From assembly GCA_038727515.1 (NCBI GenBank), contig JAVYVS010000002.1, positions 243,699 to 307,698 on the forward strand: a DNA stretch of 64,000 nt. The letters are read 5' to 3'. Each line of letters starts with the position of its first letter. The first letter of the stretch is position 1. The notes under the pieces are model-generated. The model did not search any database. It was not told the origin of the DNA and saw nothing but the letters and a program-made list of their open reading frames with translations. This document shows positions 10,267 to 19,604 of this stretch, in pieces. Both the position numbers and the translations under genes were made by a program. Origin of the DNA: Candidatus Methanomethylicia archaeon (GTDB lineage: Archaea > Thermoproteota > Methanomethylicia > Culexarchaeales > Culexarchaeaceae).

Positions 10267-11520
10267 TTAAATCATTTTCCCAGTTCTAAATAGCCTTGGG
10301 AATGAAACTGCATCTCTTATATGCTCTAGTTTACAGATCCACCATGTTAATCTATCTATACCCATTCCAAATCCTGCGTGTGGTACAGATCCATATCTCC
10401 TCAAATCTAAGTACCAATCATAATTTTCTGGGTTAAATCCTTCAGCCCTTATCCTACTCACCAATTTATCTATATCATCTTCCCTTTCTCCTCCGGTTGC
10501 CATTTCCCCATAACCTTCTGGTGCAAGTAAATCTACTGTAGCTCCCATTCCAGGTTTATCCTTCATTTCCTTCACATAAAATGGTTTATACTTTAATGGG
10601 TAACCCACTAGGAATATGGGTTCTTTAAGTTGATTTGTTAAGAAATATTCTTCATCTCCACCAATTTCATCTCCAATTTCTATTTTTACATTTAGTGTTT
10701 TCAATTTCTCTATGGCTTCTTCATAACTTATCCTTTTGAATGGTGTTTTTATCTCCATTAATTCGTTTGGATCTCTACCTAGAAATTTAAGTTCATATTT
10801 ACATTTTTCAGCTACTGATTGGCATATGTATGATAGGAGTTCTTCTTCTAGCTTCATTAATCCATTGAGATCCATCCATGCAGCTTCAGCTTCTAAATGC
10901 CAGAATTCTGCTAAATGTCTTCTAGTCCTAGATTTCTCAGCTCTAAATGATGGCGCTAAACACCAAACTTTTTCATACGTAAATATCATTACTTCTAGGT
11001 ATAATTGTGAACTTTGAGTTAAATATGCTGGTGTATCAAAGTAATCTATTTTGAAGAGTGTAGCCCCCCCTTCACATGCTGTTGTCACTATTATTGGTGG
11101 TGAAACTTCTATGTATCCATTGTTTATAAAGAATTCTCTACTTGCCTTCAGTATCTCACTTCTAACTTTAAATATTGCTTGGTATCTCGGTCCCCTTATA
11201 GCTAAATGTCTTTTCTCCATTAATACTTCAGGTGAATGCTCCTTTTTCCCAAGTGGATATGGTGATTCTGCTAAATGAACTATCTCTAGATTTTTAACAA
11301 TGAATTCTTTACCTCTTGGAGCTCTATCTTCAATCTTCCATTCACCATGTAATACTATACTTGATTCTTGAGTTAATTTTTCAGCTTTACTCCAATTTTC
11401 CTCGTCAACAGATTCCCTTCTTACAATACATTGAGTTATTCCTTCTCCGTTCCTTAAATCTATAAATATTATTCCTCCATGCTCTCTCTTCCTCAAAACC
11501 CATCCACGTATTTCCTCCAT
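10267..11520 (-). CDS. asnS: Asparagine--tRNA ligase
   Basis: OB-fold start (IRGWV..FIDLR), EGGATLF, QSSQLYLE, FRAEKSRTRRHLAEF, WYLDLRRYGSVPHAGFGMG. Confidence 0.92.
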   Translation of the reverse strand: MEEIRGWVLRKREHGGIIFIDLRNGEGITQCIVRRESVDEENWSKAEKLTQESSIVLHGEWKIEDRAPRGKEFIVKNLEIVHLAESPYPLGKKEHSPEVLMEKRHLAIRGPRYQAIFKVRSEILKASREFFINNGYIEVSPPIIVTTACEGGATLFKIDYFDTPAYLTQSSQLYLEVMIFTYEKVWCLAPSFRAEKSRTRRHLAEFWHLEAEAAWMDLNGLMKLEEELLSYICQSVAEKCKYELKFLGRDPNELMEIKTPFKRISYEEAIEKLKTLNVKIEIGDEIGGDEEYFLTNQLKEPIFLVGYPLKYKPFYVKEMKDKPGMGATVDLLAPEGYGEMATGGEREDDIDKLVSRIRAEGFNPENYDWYLDLRRYGSVPHAGFGMGIDRLTWWICKLEHIRDAVSFPRLFRTGKMI

Positions 11521-11692
11521 ATTTTCATCCTCAAACTACATGTTACATTATCTATAGAGCTCTTCTACTTAATTATTTTATCTATTTTTTATTGAAAAAA
11601 AATATTATAAGTTTATTTACTTGTGAATTTTTATATGATTTCTTCAATCTTTTTTCATGAATTTATTGTTTAAAATAAAAAAATTTTTGTTT

Positions 11693-11917
11693 TTATCCAC
11701 ATGAACTATGCTTTATTGCTCCACGTGGACATGCAACCACACATGCACAACACTGTATACAATTATCTATATTTTCCGCAATTGATTTTCCACCTTCTAA
11801 CCTATATACGGATGTAGGACAAACCCTCACGCATTCACCTTCCCCAGTACACTTATCATAGTCTATTTCTATTGTTATCCCAAGACCTTCACTTTTCCAT
11901 ACTTTCACATTTGCCAT
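11693..11917 (-). CDS. 2x[4Fe-4S] ferredoxin
   Basis: CTGEGECVRVCP (second Cys replaced by Glu) and CIQCCACVVACP. Confidence 0.88.
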   Translation of the reverse strand: MANVKVWKSEGLGITIEIDYDKCTGEGECVRVCPTSVYRLEGGKSIAENIDNCIQCCACVVACPRGAIKHSSCG

Positions 11918-11942
11918 TTTAGGTCAAGAAACATTATTGTGT

Positions 11943-11962
11943 TTAATATATATTAAGTTTTT
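11943..11962 (-). promoter_or_regulatory. Probable BRE/TATA of the ferredoxin gene
   Basis: Minus strand reads AAAAACTTAATATATATTAA about 26-45 nt upstream of the ATG at 11917. Confidence 0.45.
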
Positions 11963-12055
11963 GAAATCAATACCATGATAAATTACAGGATGTATTAATA
12001 GTAAAATTTTTAATCGTATTTTGTATTCATTAAGTGTAATCATAGGTGTGTTTCA

Positions 12056-14740
12056 ATGGTTGGCGATTTAAAACATCAAATGGTCTATACATTTGAAGAA
12101 GCTGATCCATCAGATGTGAAATTGCTTGGAGGTAAAGGTGCTGGTCTTTGTTTAATGATTCAACAAGGACTTCCAGTTCCACCTGGAATAATAATTACCA
12201 CAGAAGTTTGTAAAGCCTTTTATGAAGCTGGTGAGCAACTTCCAGATGGTTTAATGGATGCTGTTAAAGAGAAAATACGTTACATTGAGGAGGAAACTGG
12301 TAAGAGGTTTGGTGACCCTGAAAATCCATTACTTGTATCTGTTAGGTCTGGTGCACCAGTATCAATGCCTGGAATGATGGATACAGTATTAAATCTAGGT
12401 ATAAATGATACAATTGTTAATGGTTTAGCAAAGCAAATGCGTGATGAAAGAGCTGCCTATGATGCTTATAGAAGGTTTCTACAAATGTTTGGTAAAATCG
12501 TTTTAGGTATTGATGAGAAGCTATTTAATGAAGTTTTTGAGGAAGTAAAGAGTAAGTATGGTGCTAAGTATGATGCTGAATTAAATGTTGAAGCTTTAAG
12601 GGAAATCGTCGATAAATTTAAGGATATTATTAAACGTGAATATGGTGAAATTATTGATGATCCATGGAAACAATTAGAACTTGCAATAAAAGCAGTTTTT
12701 AAATCTTGGAATTCTCCAAGAGCAGTCTTCTATAGAAAAGCTAATAATATTACTCCTGATATTGCTGATGGAACTGCAGTTTGCATAGTTGCTATGGTTT
12801 TTGGAAATATTGGTGAAATGTCTGGTACTGGTGTTATATTCTCTAGAAATCCAGCTACTGGAGAAAATGAATTGTATGGAGAATTCTTGGAAACTGCTCA
12901 AGGAGAGGATGTTGTAGCTGGAATTAGAACTCCAAAACCTATTGCTGAACTTAAAAAGATTAATCCAAAACTCTATAAAGAATTGTATGATGGAGCAAAA
13001 CTTTTAGAACGTATTAAGAAGGAAGTTCAAGATATTGAATTTACCATTGAACGTGGCAAATTATACTTCCTACAAACTAGAAATGGTAAACTTGGGCCGA
13101 TAGCTAGAGTTAAAACTGTTGTAGACATGGTTAGGGAGGGCATATTGAGTAAGGAAGAAGCTTTGTTAAGGGTTTCCCCAAATCATATAATACAATTATT
13201 GTATCCACGAATTGATACTTCAATTAAAATTTCACCAATAGCTACAGGTTTAGCTTCATCTCCTGGAGCTGTTTCAGGTATGGTTGTTTTCAGTGCTGAT
13301 GATGCTGTTGATTGGAGTAGGAAAGGTTACAAAGTTATACTTGTTAGAGAGGAAACAAAGCCAGATGATGTACATGGAATGTATGCTTCTGTAGGCATAT
13401 TGACTAGTAGGGGTGGTATGACAAGTCATGCTGCTGTTGTCGCTAGAGCTATTGGTAAACCTTGTGTTGTGGGATGTGAAGATATAGTGATAAACTATGA
13501 TAATAAGACTTTTACAGTTAAAGGTAAGAATATTGTGGTTAAAGAGGGAGATTATATAACTATAGATGGTTTCTCAGGTAATGTTTATTTAGGGATTATT
13601 CCAACAGTTGAACCTAAAATCTTACCTGAACTAGAAGAATTACTTTCTTGGGCTGATGAATTTAGAAGACTTGGTGTTAGAGCGAATGCTGATACACCTG
13701 AGGATGCGGAAATAGCTAGAAAATTTGGTGCTGAAGGTATTGGTTTATTGAGAACTGAAAGGATGTTTAGAGCTCCTGAGAGGCTTGAAGTATTTAGGAA
13801 TGTGATTTTATCTTCAGATTTCGAAGAAAGAAAGAAGAACCTTGAAAAACTTGTACCATTATTAAAGAATGATTTCATTGAAATTCTTAAAGTGATGAAT
13901 GGACTTCCAGTTATAATTAGATTGTTTGATCCACCATTACATGAATTCTTACCAAAAGAATCCGAGCTTATGTCTGAAATTATGGATTTAAAGTTTAAGG
14001 GTAAATTTGAAGAGGCTGCTGAAAAGGAGAAACTTCTTAAGAGAGTTTCAGTATTGACGGAATCTAATCCAATGATGGGTCATAGAGGAGTTAGAGTTGG
14101 GGTTGTTTATCCAGAGATATATATGGCTCAAGCTAAAGCTATACTTGAAGCTACAGCTGAATTAATTATTAAAGGTTACGATATTAAGACTTCAATAATG
14201 ATTCCACAAGTTAGTGATGTTAAGGAGTTAATTTACGTTAAGGAGCATGCTATTGATGTTGCTCGTAGAGAGGTTGAAGCTAAGTATGGTATTAAAGTTC
14301 CATTTAAATTTGGAACAATGATTGAAGTTGTACGTGCATGTTTAACTGCTGATGAAATTGCGAGTGTAGCTGAATTCTTCAGTTTTGGAACTAACGATCT
14401 AACACAAGCCACATATACGTTTAGTAGAGATGATGCTGAAGCTAAGTTTCTACCAAAATATCTTGAACTTAAAATATTGGAGTTTAATCCATTTGAGACT
14501 ATTGATGTGAAGGGTGTTGGTAAGTTAATGAAAATGTGTGTTGAAGAAGCTAGAAAAGTTAGAAAGGATATTGAAATTGGAATTTGCGGTGAACATGGTG
14601 GAGATCCTAAGAGCATTGAATTTTGTCATAAGATTGGATTAGATTATGTTAGTGCTTCCCCATATCGTATACTTGTTGCTAGATTAGCTGCTGCTCATGC
14701 TGCTTTAAAAGAGAAAGGATTTAAACTATCTGAGTATTAG
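12056..14740 (+). CDS. ppdK: Pyruvate, phosphate dikinase
   Basis: LGGKGA, SVRSGA, MPGMMDT, GGMTSHAAVVAR (phospho-His), SFGTNDL, GICGEHGG. Confidence 0.97.
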   Translation: MVGDLKHQMVYTFEEADPSDVKLLGGKGAGLCLMIQQGLPVPPGIIITTEVCKAFYEAGEQLPDGLMDAVKEKIRYIEEETGKRFGDPENPLLVSVRSGAPVSMPGMMDTVLNLGINDTIVNGLAKQMRDERAAYDAYRRFLQMFGKIVLGIDEKLFNEVFEEVKSKYGAKYDAELNVEALREIVDKFKDIIKREYGEIIDDPWKQLELAIKAVFKSWNSPRAVFYRKANNITPDIADGTAVCIVAMVFGNIGEMSGTGVIFSRNPATGENELYGEFLETAQGEDVVAGIRTPKPIAELKKINPKLYKELYDGAKLLERIKKEVQDIEFTIERGKLYFLQTRNGKLGPIARVKTVVDMVREGILSKEEALLRVSPNHIIQLLYPRIDTSIKISPIATGLASSPGAVSGMVVFSADDAVDWSRKGYKVILVREETKPDDVHGMYASVGILTSRGGMTSHAAVVARAIGKPCVVGCEDIVINYDNKTFTVKGKNIVVKEGDYITIDGFSGNVYLGIIPTVEPKILPELEELLSWADEFRRLGVRANADTPEDAEIARKFGAEGIGLLRTERMFRAPERLEVFRNVILSSDFEERKKNLEKLVPLLKNDFIEILKVMNGLPVIIRLFDPPLHEFLPKESELMSEIMDLKFKGKFEEAAEKEKLLKRVSVLTESNPMMGHRGVRVGVVYPEIYMAQAKAILEATAELIIKGYDIKTSIMIPQVSDVKELIYVKEHAIDVARREVEAKYGIKVPFKFGTMIEVVRACLTADEIASVAEFFSFGTNDLTQATYTFSRDDAEAKFLPKYLELKILEFNPFETIDVKGVGKLMKMCVEEARKVRKDIEIGICGEHGGDPKSIEFCHKIGLDYVSASPYRILVARLAAAHAALKEKGFKLSEY

Positions 14741-15102
14741 CGGCATAAATCATTTATATCAATAAAACTTTCTAAATCTACTCTATCATTTTTCAATATT
14801 TTTACACCTTCAAATTCAAGTAGCATTTTCTTAAATTTTTGACCTCCAGGTCCACTGTAGCCACCTATTTTTCCATCACTTTTTATTATCCTATGACATG
14901 GATATACTATTGGATGTTTATTTAACTTCATAATTTTCCCTATAAGTTTTGGATTTACATTTAATGCTTTAGCTATACTACCATAACTTGATACTCTACC
15001 TTCTGGGATGAGTTGTAATATTGCACTTACTATTTCAATGTAGTCTTCTATTTTTGCTCTTCTAATCTTCCCCTCCTTGATTTGATAAACTAGTAGTGGC
15101 AT
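14737..15102 (-). CDS. O6-alkylguanine-DNA alkyltransferase (MGMT family, C-terminal domain only)
   Basis: IPEGRVSSYG, PCHRI active-site Cys, GGYSG, LLEFEG. Confidence 0.85.
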   Translation of the reverse strand: MPLLVYQIKEGKIRRAKIEDYIEIVSAILQLIPEGRVSSYGSIAKALNVNPKLIGKIMKLNKHPIVYPCHRIIKSDGKIGGYSGPGGQKFKKMLLEFEGVKILKNDRVDLESFIDINDLCR

Positions 15103-15514
15103 TTTTCATCCCATAAATTTTTGTTAGATATCTAGCCTTTTTAACGGTTTCAGCATCAACTTCTATGTCTTCACCTTTATAAATTAGTATGTGTCTTATA
15201 TTCAGATTTTTACCGGTGATCTTTTCTATTTCATTCATCATGAAATGTAGTTGTATGCAATGTGGTGATCCATCAACTGTTAATACTATTATTTCTTCTA
15301 TTGGTACTCTAGAAATTATTGATGATAACTTTAAGCATACCATGTTAAAATGTTCTCTTTCTAAACATACCTTTAATTTTGCTTTTCCTTCAGAGTATTT
15401 TTCCACAATTTTTGGGTGTTCATCTATTAGACATGATCCAATCAATAATATTCTTTTCTTCTCTCTAATCTCTTTACTTGCAGCATTTACCTCCATTAAT
15501 TCTCTAAATTCCAT
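15062..15514 (-). CDS. Conserved hypothetical Cys/His protein, putative Fe-S binding
   Basis: GSC, CLEREH, DGSPHC motifs; ATG 15514 follows AAGGTGG RBS (track start 15571 overlaps the upstream gene). Confidence 0.6.
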   Translation of the reverse strand: MEFRELMEVNAASKEIREKKRILLIGSCLIDEHPKIVEKYSEGKAKLKVCLEREHFNMVCLKLSSIISRVPIEEIIVLTVDGSPHCIQLHFMMNEIEKITGKNLNIRHILIYKGEDIEVDAETVKKARYLTKIYGMKNATTSLSNQGGED

Positions 15515-15524
15515 GTTTTCCACC

Positions 15525-15905
15525 TTAACTTTTCTTAAAGAATAACCAATTGTTTTCTCCACTTTTTTCATATTTTAATAGTACATATTCACCTCTAAGC
15601 TTATTTCCATACAATTTAAAAACTATCTTTTTATCAGTTACTTCTATTGGTTTATATATGCCTTTATCCCATATTTCCACTTTTCCAGCTCCATAATGTC
15701 CTTCCGGTATTATTCCTTGGAAATTTGCATATTCTATTGGATGGTCTTCAACCATTATTGCTAATCTCTTTATTCCAGTGGTTTGGGGAGGTTCTTTTGG
15801 AACAGCCCAACTCTTTAAAACTCCATTCATTTCTAATCTTAGATCCCAATGAAGTCTTCTAGCTTCATGTCTATGTATTACAAATATCAATTCTTTCTCA
15901 GACAT
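15525..15905 (-). CDS. Stand-alone LigD-type 3'-phosphoesterase (PE domain)
   Basis: HEARRLHWDLRLE, LKSWAVPK, RLAIMVEDHP, YGAGKVEIWDKG. Confidence 0.92.
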   Translation of the reverse strand: MSEKELIFVIHRHEARRLHWDLRLEMNGVLKSWAVPKEPPQTTGIKRLAIMVEDHPIEYANFQGIIPEGHYGAGKVEIWDKGIYKPIEVTDKKIVFKLYGNKLRGEYVLLKYEKSGENNWLFFKKS

Positions 15906-16018
15906 TTTCCTTCAAATATCTTAAGCATATCCTATTCAAATTAAAGTTATGCTTAACAATTATTCTTAAATACACATTGCTAAATAATATTTATAATCAA
16001 TTAGTTTGTGGTGTTATT

Positions 16019-16549
16019 ATGGCTGTTAGACCTCAAATTTGGATTATGAGGGACTTTGCAAATTGTAGTGGTTGTAGATTATGTGAAGTTGTTTGTAGTT
16101 TGGTTCATGAAGGTAAAATATGGCCTGAAGCTTCTAGGATTAGGGTTTTCAAATTCGTTCCAGGAGTTGAATTTCCACATTTTTGTTCTCAATGTGATGA
16201 TTATCCATGTGTAGCTGCATGTCCAGTTAAAGCTTTGTCTGTTAATGAGTTTACTGGTGCTGTTATTGTTGATGAAAAGAAATGTATTATGTGTGGTAGA
16301 TGTATAGATGCTTGTCCAGGTAGAGTTCCACATAAACATCCAGCTAAAAATAGTGTTGTTATATGTGATTTATGTGGTGGACATCCTAAATGTGTTGAAA
16401 TCTGTCAAAAGGCTAAGTATAATGTGTTATGGGTTGTTCCAAAGGCTGGTTTAGGTAAACAGACTAAACTTTATTCTAGGAAGCCTAAGGAGATCTCAGA
16501 TGAATTGGTTATTAGACTTTATGGAGAGTATGGGGTGAGATTCCTATGA
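16019..16549 (+). CDS. 4x[4Fe-4S] small subunit of WOR5-like tungsten oxidoreductase
   Basis: CSGCRLCEVVC, CSQCDDYPC, CIMCGRCIDACP, CDLCGG; ATGA overlap with the large subunit. Confidence 0.88.
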   Translation: MAVRPQIWIMRDFANCSGCRLCEVVCSLVHEGKIWPEASRIRVFKFVPGVEFPHFCSQCDDYPCVAACPVKALSVNEFTGAVIVDEKKCIMCGRCIDACPGRVPHKHPAKNSVVICDLCGGHPKCVEICQKAKYNVLWVVPKAGLGKQTKLYSRKPKEISDELVIRLYGEYGVRFL

Positions 16550-18429
16550 TTGGAGGTTATTGTGGTAAGATTTTAAATGTTAATTTAAGTTCTGGTAAGA
16601 TTAATGTTGAAGATATTGATGAAGATATTTTAAAACATTATATTGGTGGTAGAGGTCTTGCCACAAAGATATTATGGGATAGATTGGGTAGAGAGTGGAG
16701 TAAGATTGATCCATTATCACCAAGAAATTTACTTATAGTTGCTACCGGACCTCTTACTGGTTTTTATCCTGGTGGAAGAGTGTGTATATCTGGTAAGTCT
16801 CCTCAGAGTAATGGTATAATTGGTTCAACTGTTGGTGGAGAATCAGGTATTGATTTAAAGTGTGCTGGATATGATGCTATTGTTATTGAAGGGGCTTCAA
16901 AAGATCCCGTATACCTATGGATTAAAGATGATGAAGTTGAAATTAGAGATGCATCTAAGTATTGGGGTTTAGATGGTAAAGATACTTTGATTAAGATAAC
17001 TAAAGATGCTTTAAACGATCTAAATAGTAGGTATAGGAGATTTGGAGAATGGAAGGATCCATCAGTCTTATACATAGGTCCTGCTGGAGAAAATCTATGT
17101 AGAGTTGCTGTAGTTATGGAGAAATGGACTCATGCTGCTGGTTATGGTGGTTATGGTGCTGTTATGGGTTCAAAGAAGCTTAAGGCTATTGTTATAAAGG
17201 GTTCAGGTCCATTACCAGATATTCATAATCCCATTAAATTCCATAATCTCCTCTATAGGGCTTATGATGAACTTATTAGTAGGGATGGTATGCGTAGATG
17301 GGGTACTGGGTCTGCGGGTTATAGTGTTGGTGCAATGCAAAGTTCTGAACCTGTTAAGAATTGGCAGGAGGAGTGGCATGATGAAAGAAGCTTTGGTGTT
17401 GATGAATTTGAACGTAGAGTTTGGATTAAACGCTATTGGGGTGATTATGGTTGTCCTACAACATGTCTCAAAATTGCATTGGTTAGGCATGGTACTTATG
17501 CTGGTTCTTTAACTGATAATCCAGATTATGAATTACAAGCATATGTTGGAACGAATCTAGGTATATTTACACCTGAAGAAAATGTATATGTTGCATCTAT
17601 TGTTGATGATATGGGTATTTGTGGAATTAATGGTGGTAATGTTCTGGGTTTTGCAGCTGAGCTTTATCAACGTGGAATATTGAGTAAAGAGGAACTTGGA
17701 GGTTTAGATTTAAGTTGGGGTAATGCAAAAGCTTTTGGTGAATTAGCTAAAATGATTGCTTACAGAATTGGTATTGGTAATATTCTTGCTGAAGGAACTT
17801 ATAGAGCTGCTTTAAAACTTGGTGAAATGAAGGGTTTAGATCTACTTCCATATGCTGTTCAAGTTAAGGGTGTTGCTGTAGGTGCTCATGGTATTAGGAG
17901 TAAAATGGATTATCCAACACCAATAGCTTATGCATGTTCAGTTCAAGGTGGAGATCATACTTCTGTAGCTAGACTCCCAATAGATTCAGGTGGTAGTGAA
18001 GTTGTTAGGATAATGTGTGATTCAGCTGTAGTCTGCATATTTAATTTCTTCCCTAATCCTTCATTGATGTGGGAATTCTATGAAGCAATAACTGGAATTA
18101 AATTGAATCCAAGTGAATGGTGTTATACTGATGGTTTAAGGATATTGACTATTCAACGTGCAGCGTTACTTTTAGGTGGACCTGATTTCTATTGGGATCC
18201 GAGGATACATGATGATAATCCACTTAGGTTTTATGAACCTTTACCAAGTGGTCCATATAAAGGTCAAGCTGCTGATAAAAGTGAAGTTGAATCTCAAAAG
18301 AAGCAATATTATGAAGCTGTAGGCTGGGATGAATTTGGAATTCCAAAGAGTGAGAAATTACGTGAACTTGGACTTGAGGATGTAGATATAGCTTTAGAAG
18401 AGGTTCGTAGGAGAATTAAATCAAACTAA
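16546..18429 (+). CDS. Tungsten-containing aldehyde:ferredoxin oxidoreductase family, WOR5-like large subunit
   Basis: GGRGL, KSP, GAVMGSKKLKAI; the strings HAAGYGGYG, NWQEE, PDYELQAY, LLLGGPD match my recollection of Pyrococcus WOR5. Confidence 0.88.
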   Translation: MIGGYCGKILNVNLSSGKINVEDIDEDILKHYIGGRGLATKILWDRLGREWSKIDPLSPRNLLIVATGPLTGFYPGGRVCISGKSPQSNGIIGSTVGGESGIDLKCAGYDAIVIEGASKDPVYLWIKDDEVEIRDASKYWGLDGKDTLIKITKDALNDLNSRYRRFGEWKDPSVLYIGPAGENLCRVAVVMEKWTHAAGYGGYGAVMGSKKLKAIVIKGSGPLPDIHNPIKFHNLLYRAYDELISRDGMRRWGTGSAGYSVGAMQSSEPVKNWQEEWHDERSFGVDEFERRVWIKRYWGDYGCPTTCLKIALVRHGTYAGSLTDNPDYELQAYVGTNLGIFTPEENVYVASIVDDMGICGINGGNVLGFAAELYQRGILSKEELGGLDLSWGNAKAFGELAKMIAYRIGIGNILAEGTYRAALKLGEMKGLDLLPYAVQVKGVAVGAHGIRSKMDYPTPIAYACSVQGGDHTSVARLPIDSGGSEVVRIMCDSAVVCIFNFFPNPSLMWEFYEAITGIKLNPSEWCYTDGLRILTIQRAALLLGGPDFYWDPRIHDDNPLRFYEPLPSGPYKGQAADKSEVESQKKQYYEAVGWDEFGIPKSEKLRELGLEDVDIALEEVRRRIKSN

Positions 18430-19596
18430 ATTCCTCTCTATTTTTTCCAAAATTAATTTATATATTTCAACTGCCATTTTCATGCTAATTAAACTTATTC
18501 TTTCATTTGGTTGATGGGCAAGTTTCCAATCTCCAGGTCCAAATCCAAATGTTTTAATGTTTGTATTAGCTGTATATACACCATCAGTACTAAAATCCCA
18601 AGTTATATATCTCCCCCCTATTCCACTTATTATTTCATTTAAACCTATTCTCTCTAGGTATTCTATTGGTGTTAACCATGCTGGGAAGAAGTCTTCAACA
18701 TTCATAGTAGCTCCAGTCCAGCACTTTACTTCTTCCTTTAAAATTTCCACATATCCATCTATTACTTCTCCCTTTTCAATCATTTTCTCAATTATTTCTT
18801 GGAGTGGTTTTACAATTTCCTCTTTTCCTTCATTTAATATGATTCTCCTATCAAACAATATTTCTACATCATCTGGTAATTGTGGTAATCCTTCAGGTTC
18901 ACATCTAATCTTTATTGGAGTTATTGTGGATTTTCCAAGTATATCGTGTGATGGTAATATTTCACTCAATTGAATTACTTTCACTATATATTTTGCAGAT
19001 GCTTCTAATGCATTTATACCTAATTTTGGCATACTTGCATGAGCAGTTTTCCCCCTTAATCTAACTTTCAGTAAACTTCTACCTCTATGTCCTATTGCTA
19101 CATTGAGATTTGTTGGTTCTATTATTATTGCTAAATTTGGTTTATCCAAAATTCCTTCTTCAATTACTCTTTTTATAGCTTCTCCTTCTACTGTTTCTTC
19201 ATGTACTACGAATGCCAATTGTATGTTTATTTCTCTTTCACTTTTTGAAATTTCCTGTATAGATGTAATTAGAGATGCTATAGGTCCCTTCATATCTACT
19301 GCACCTCTACCATAAACATATCCATTAACTATTTTCGCTTTGTATGGTGGATATTTCCATGCTTCTATGTTTCCCGGTGGAACATGATCCATATGTCCTT
19401 CCAATAACACATTTATTTCCCCTTTTCCCCTTATCATAGCAATTACATTTCCATATTTGTCTATCATTACCTTGTCTACTCCAATTTCAACTAGTTTATC
19501 TTTTATCTTACCTGCTATTTCCCCCTCTTCTCCAGATAAACTTGGTGTCTCAATTAATTCTATTAAAAAGTTTTGTATGAATTTTTCATAAGTCAT
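18421..19596 (-). CDS. M20 family metallohydrolase (ArgE/YgeY-like)
   Basis: GHMDHVP, GRGAVDMKG, HEE, EPT, STDG, AHQPNE. Confidence 0.88.
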   Translation of the reverse strand: MTYEKFIQNFLIELIETPSLSGEEGEIAGKIKDKLVEIGVDKVMIDKYGNVIAMIRGKGEINVLLEGHMDHVPPGNIEAWKYPPYKAKIVNGYVYGRGAVDMKGPIASLITSIQEISKSEREINIQLAFVVHEETVEGEAIKRVIEEGILDKPNLAIIIEPTNLNVAIGHRGRSLLKVRLRGKTAHASMPKLGINALEASAKYIVKVIQLSEILPSHDILGKSTITPIKIRCEPEGLPQLPDDVEILFDRRIILNEGKEEIVKPLQEIIEKMIEKGEVIDGYVEILKEEVKCWTGATMNVEDFFPAWLTPIEYLERIGLNEIISGIGGRYITWDFSTDGVYTANTNIKTFGFGPGDWKLAHQPNERISLISMKMAVEIYKLILEKIERNLV

Positions 19597-19604
19597 TTTC
19601 TCAT

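Noticed and set aside
11943-11956. Perfect 14-bp palindrome TTAATATATATTAA as a regulator site
   Set aside because: A/T-only and adequately explained as the TATA region of the ferredoxin/ppdK divergent promoter
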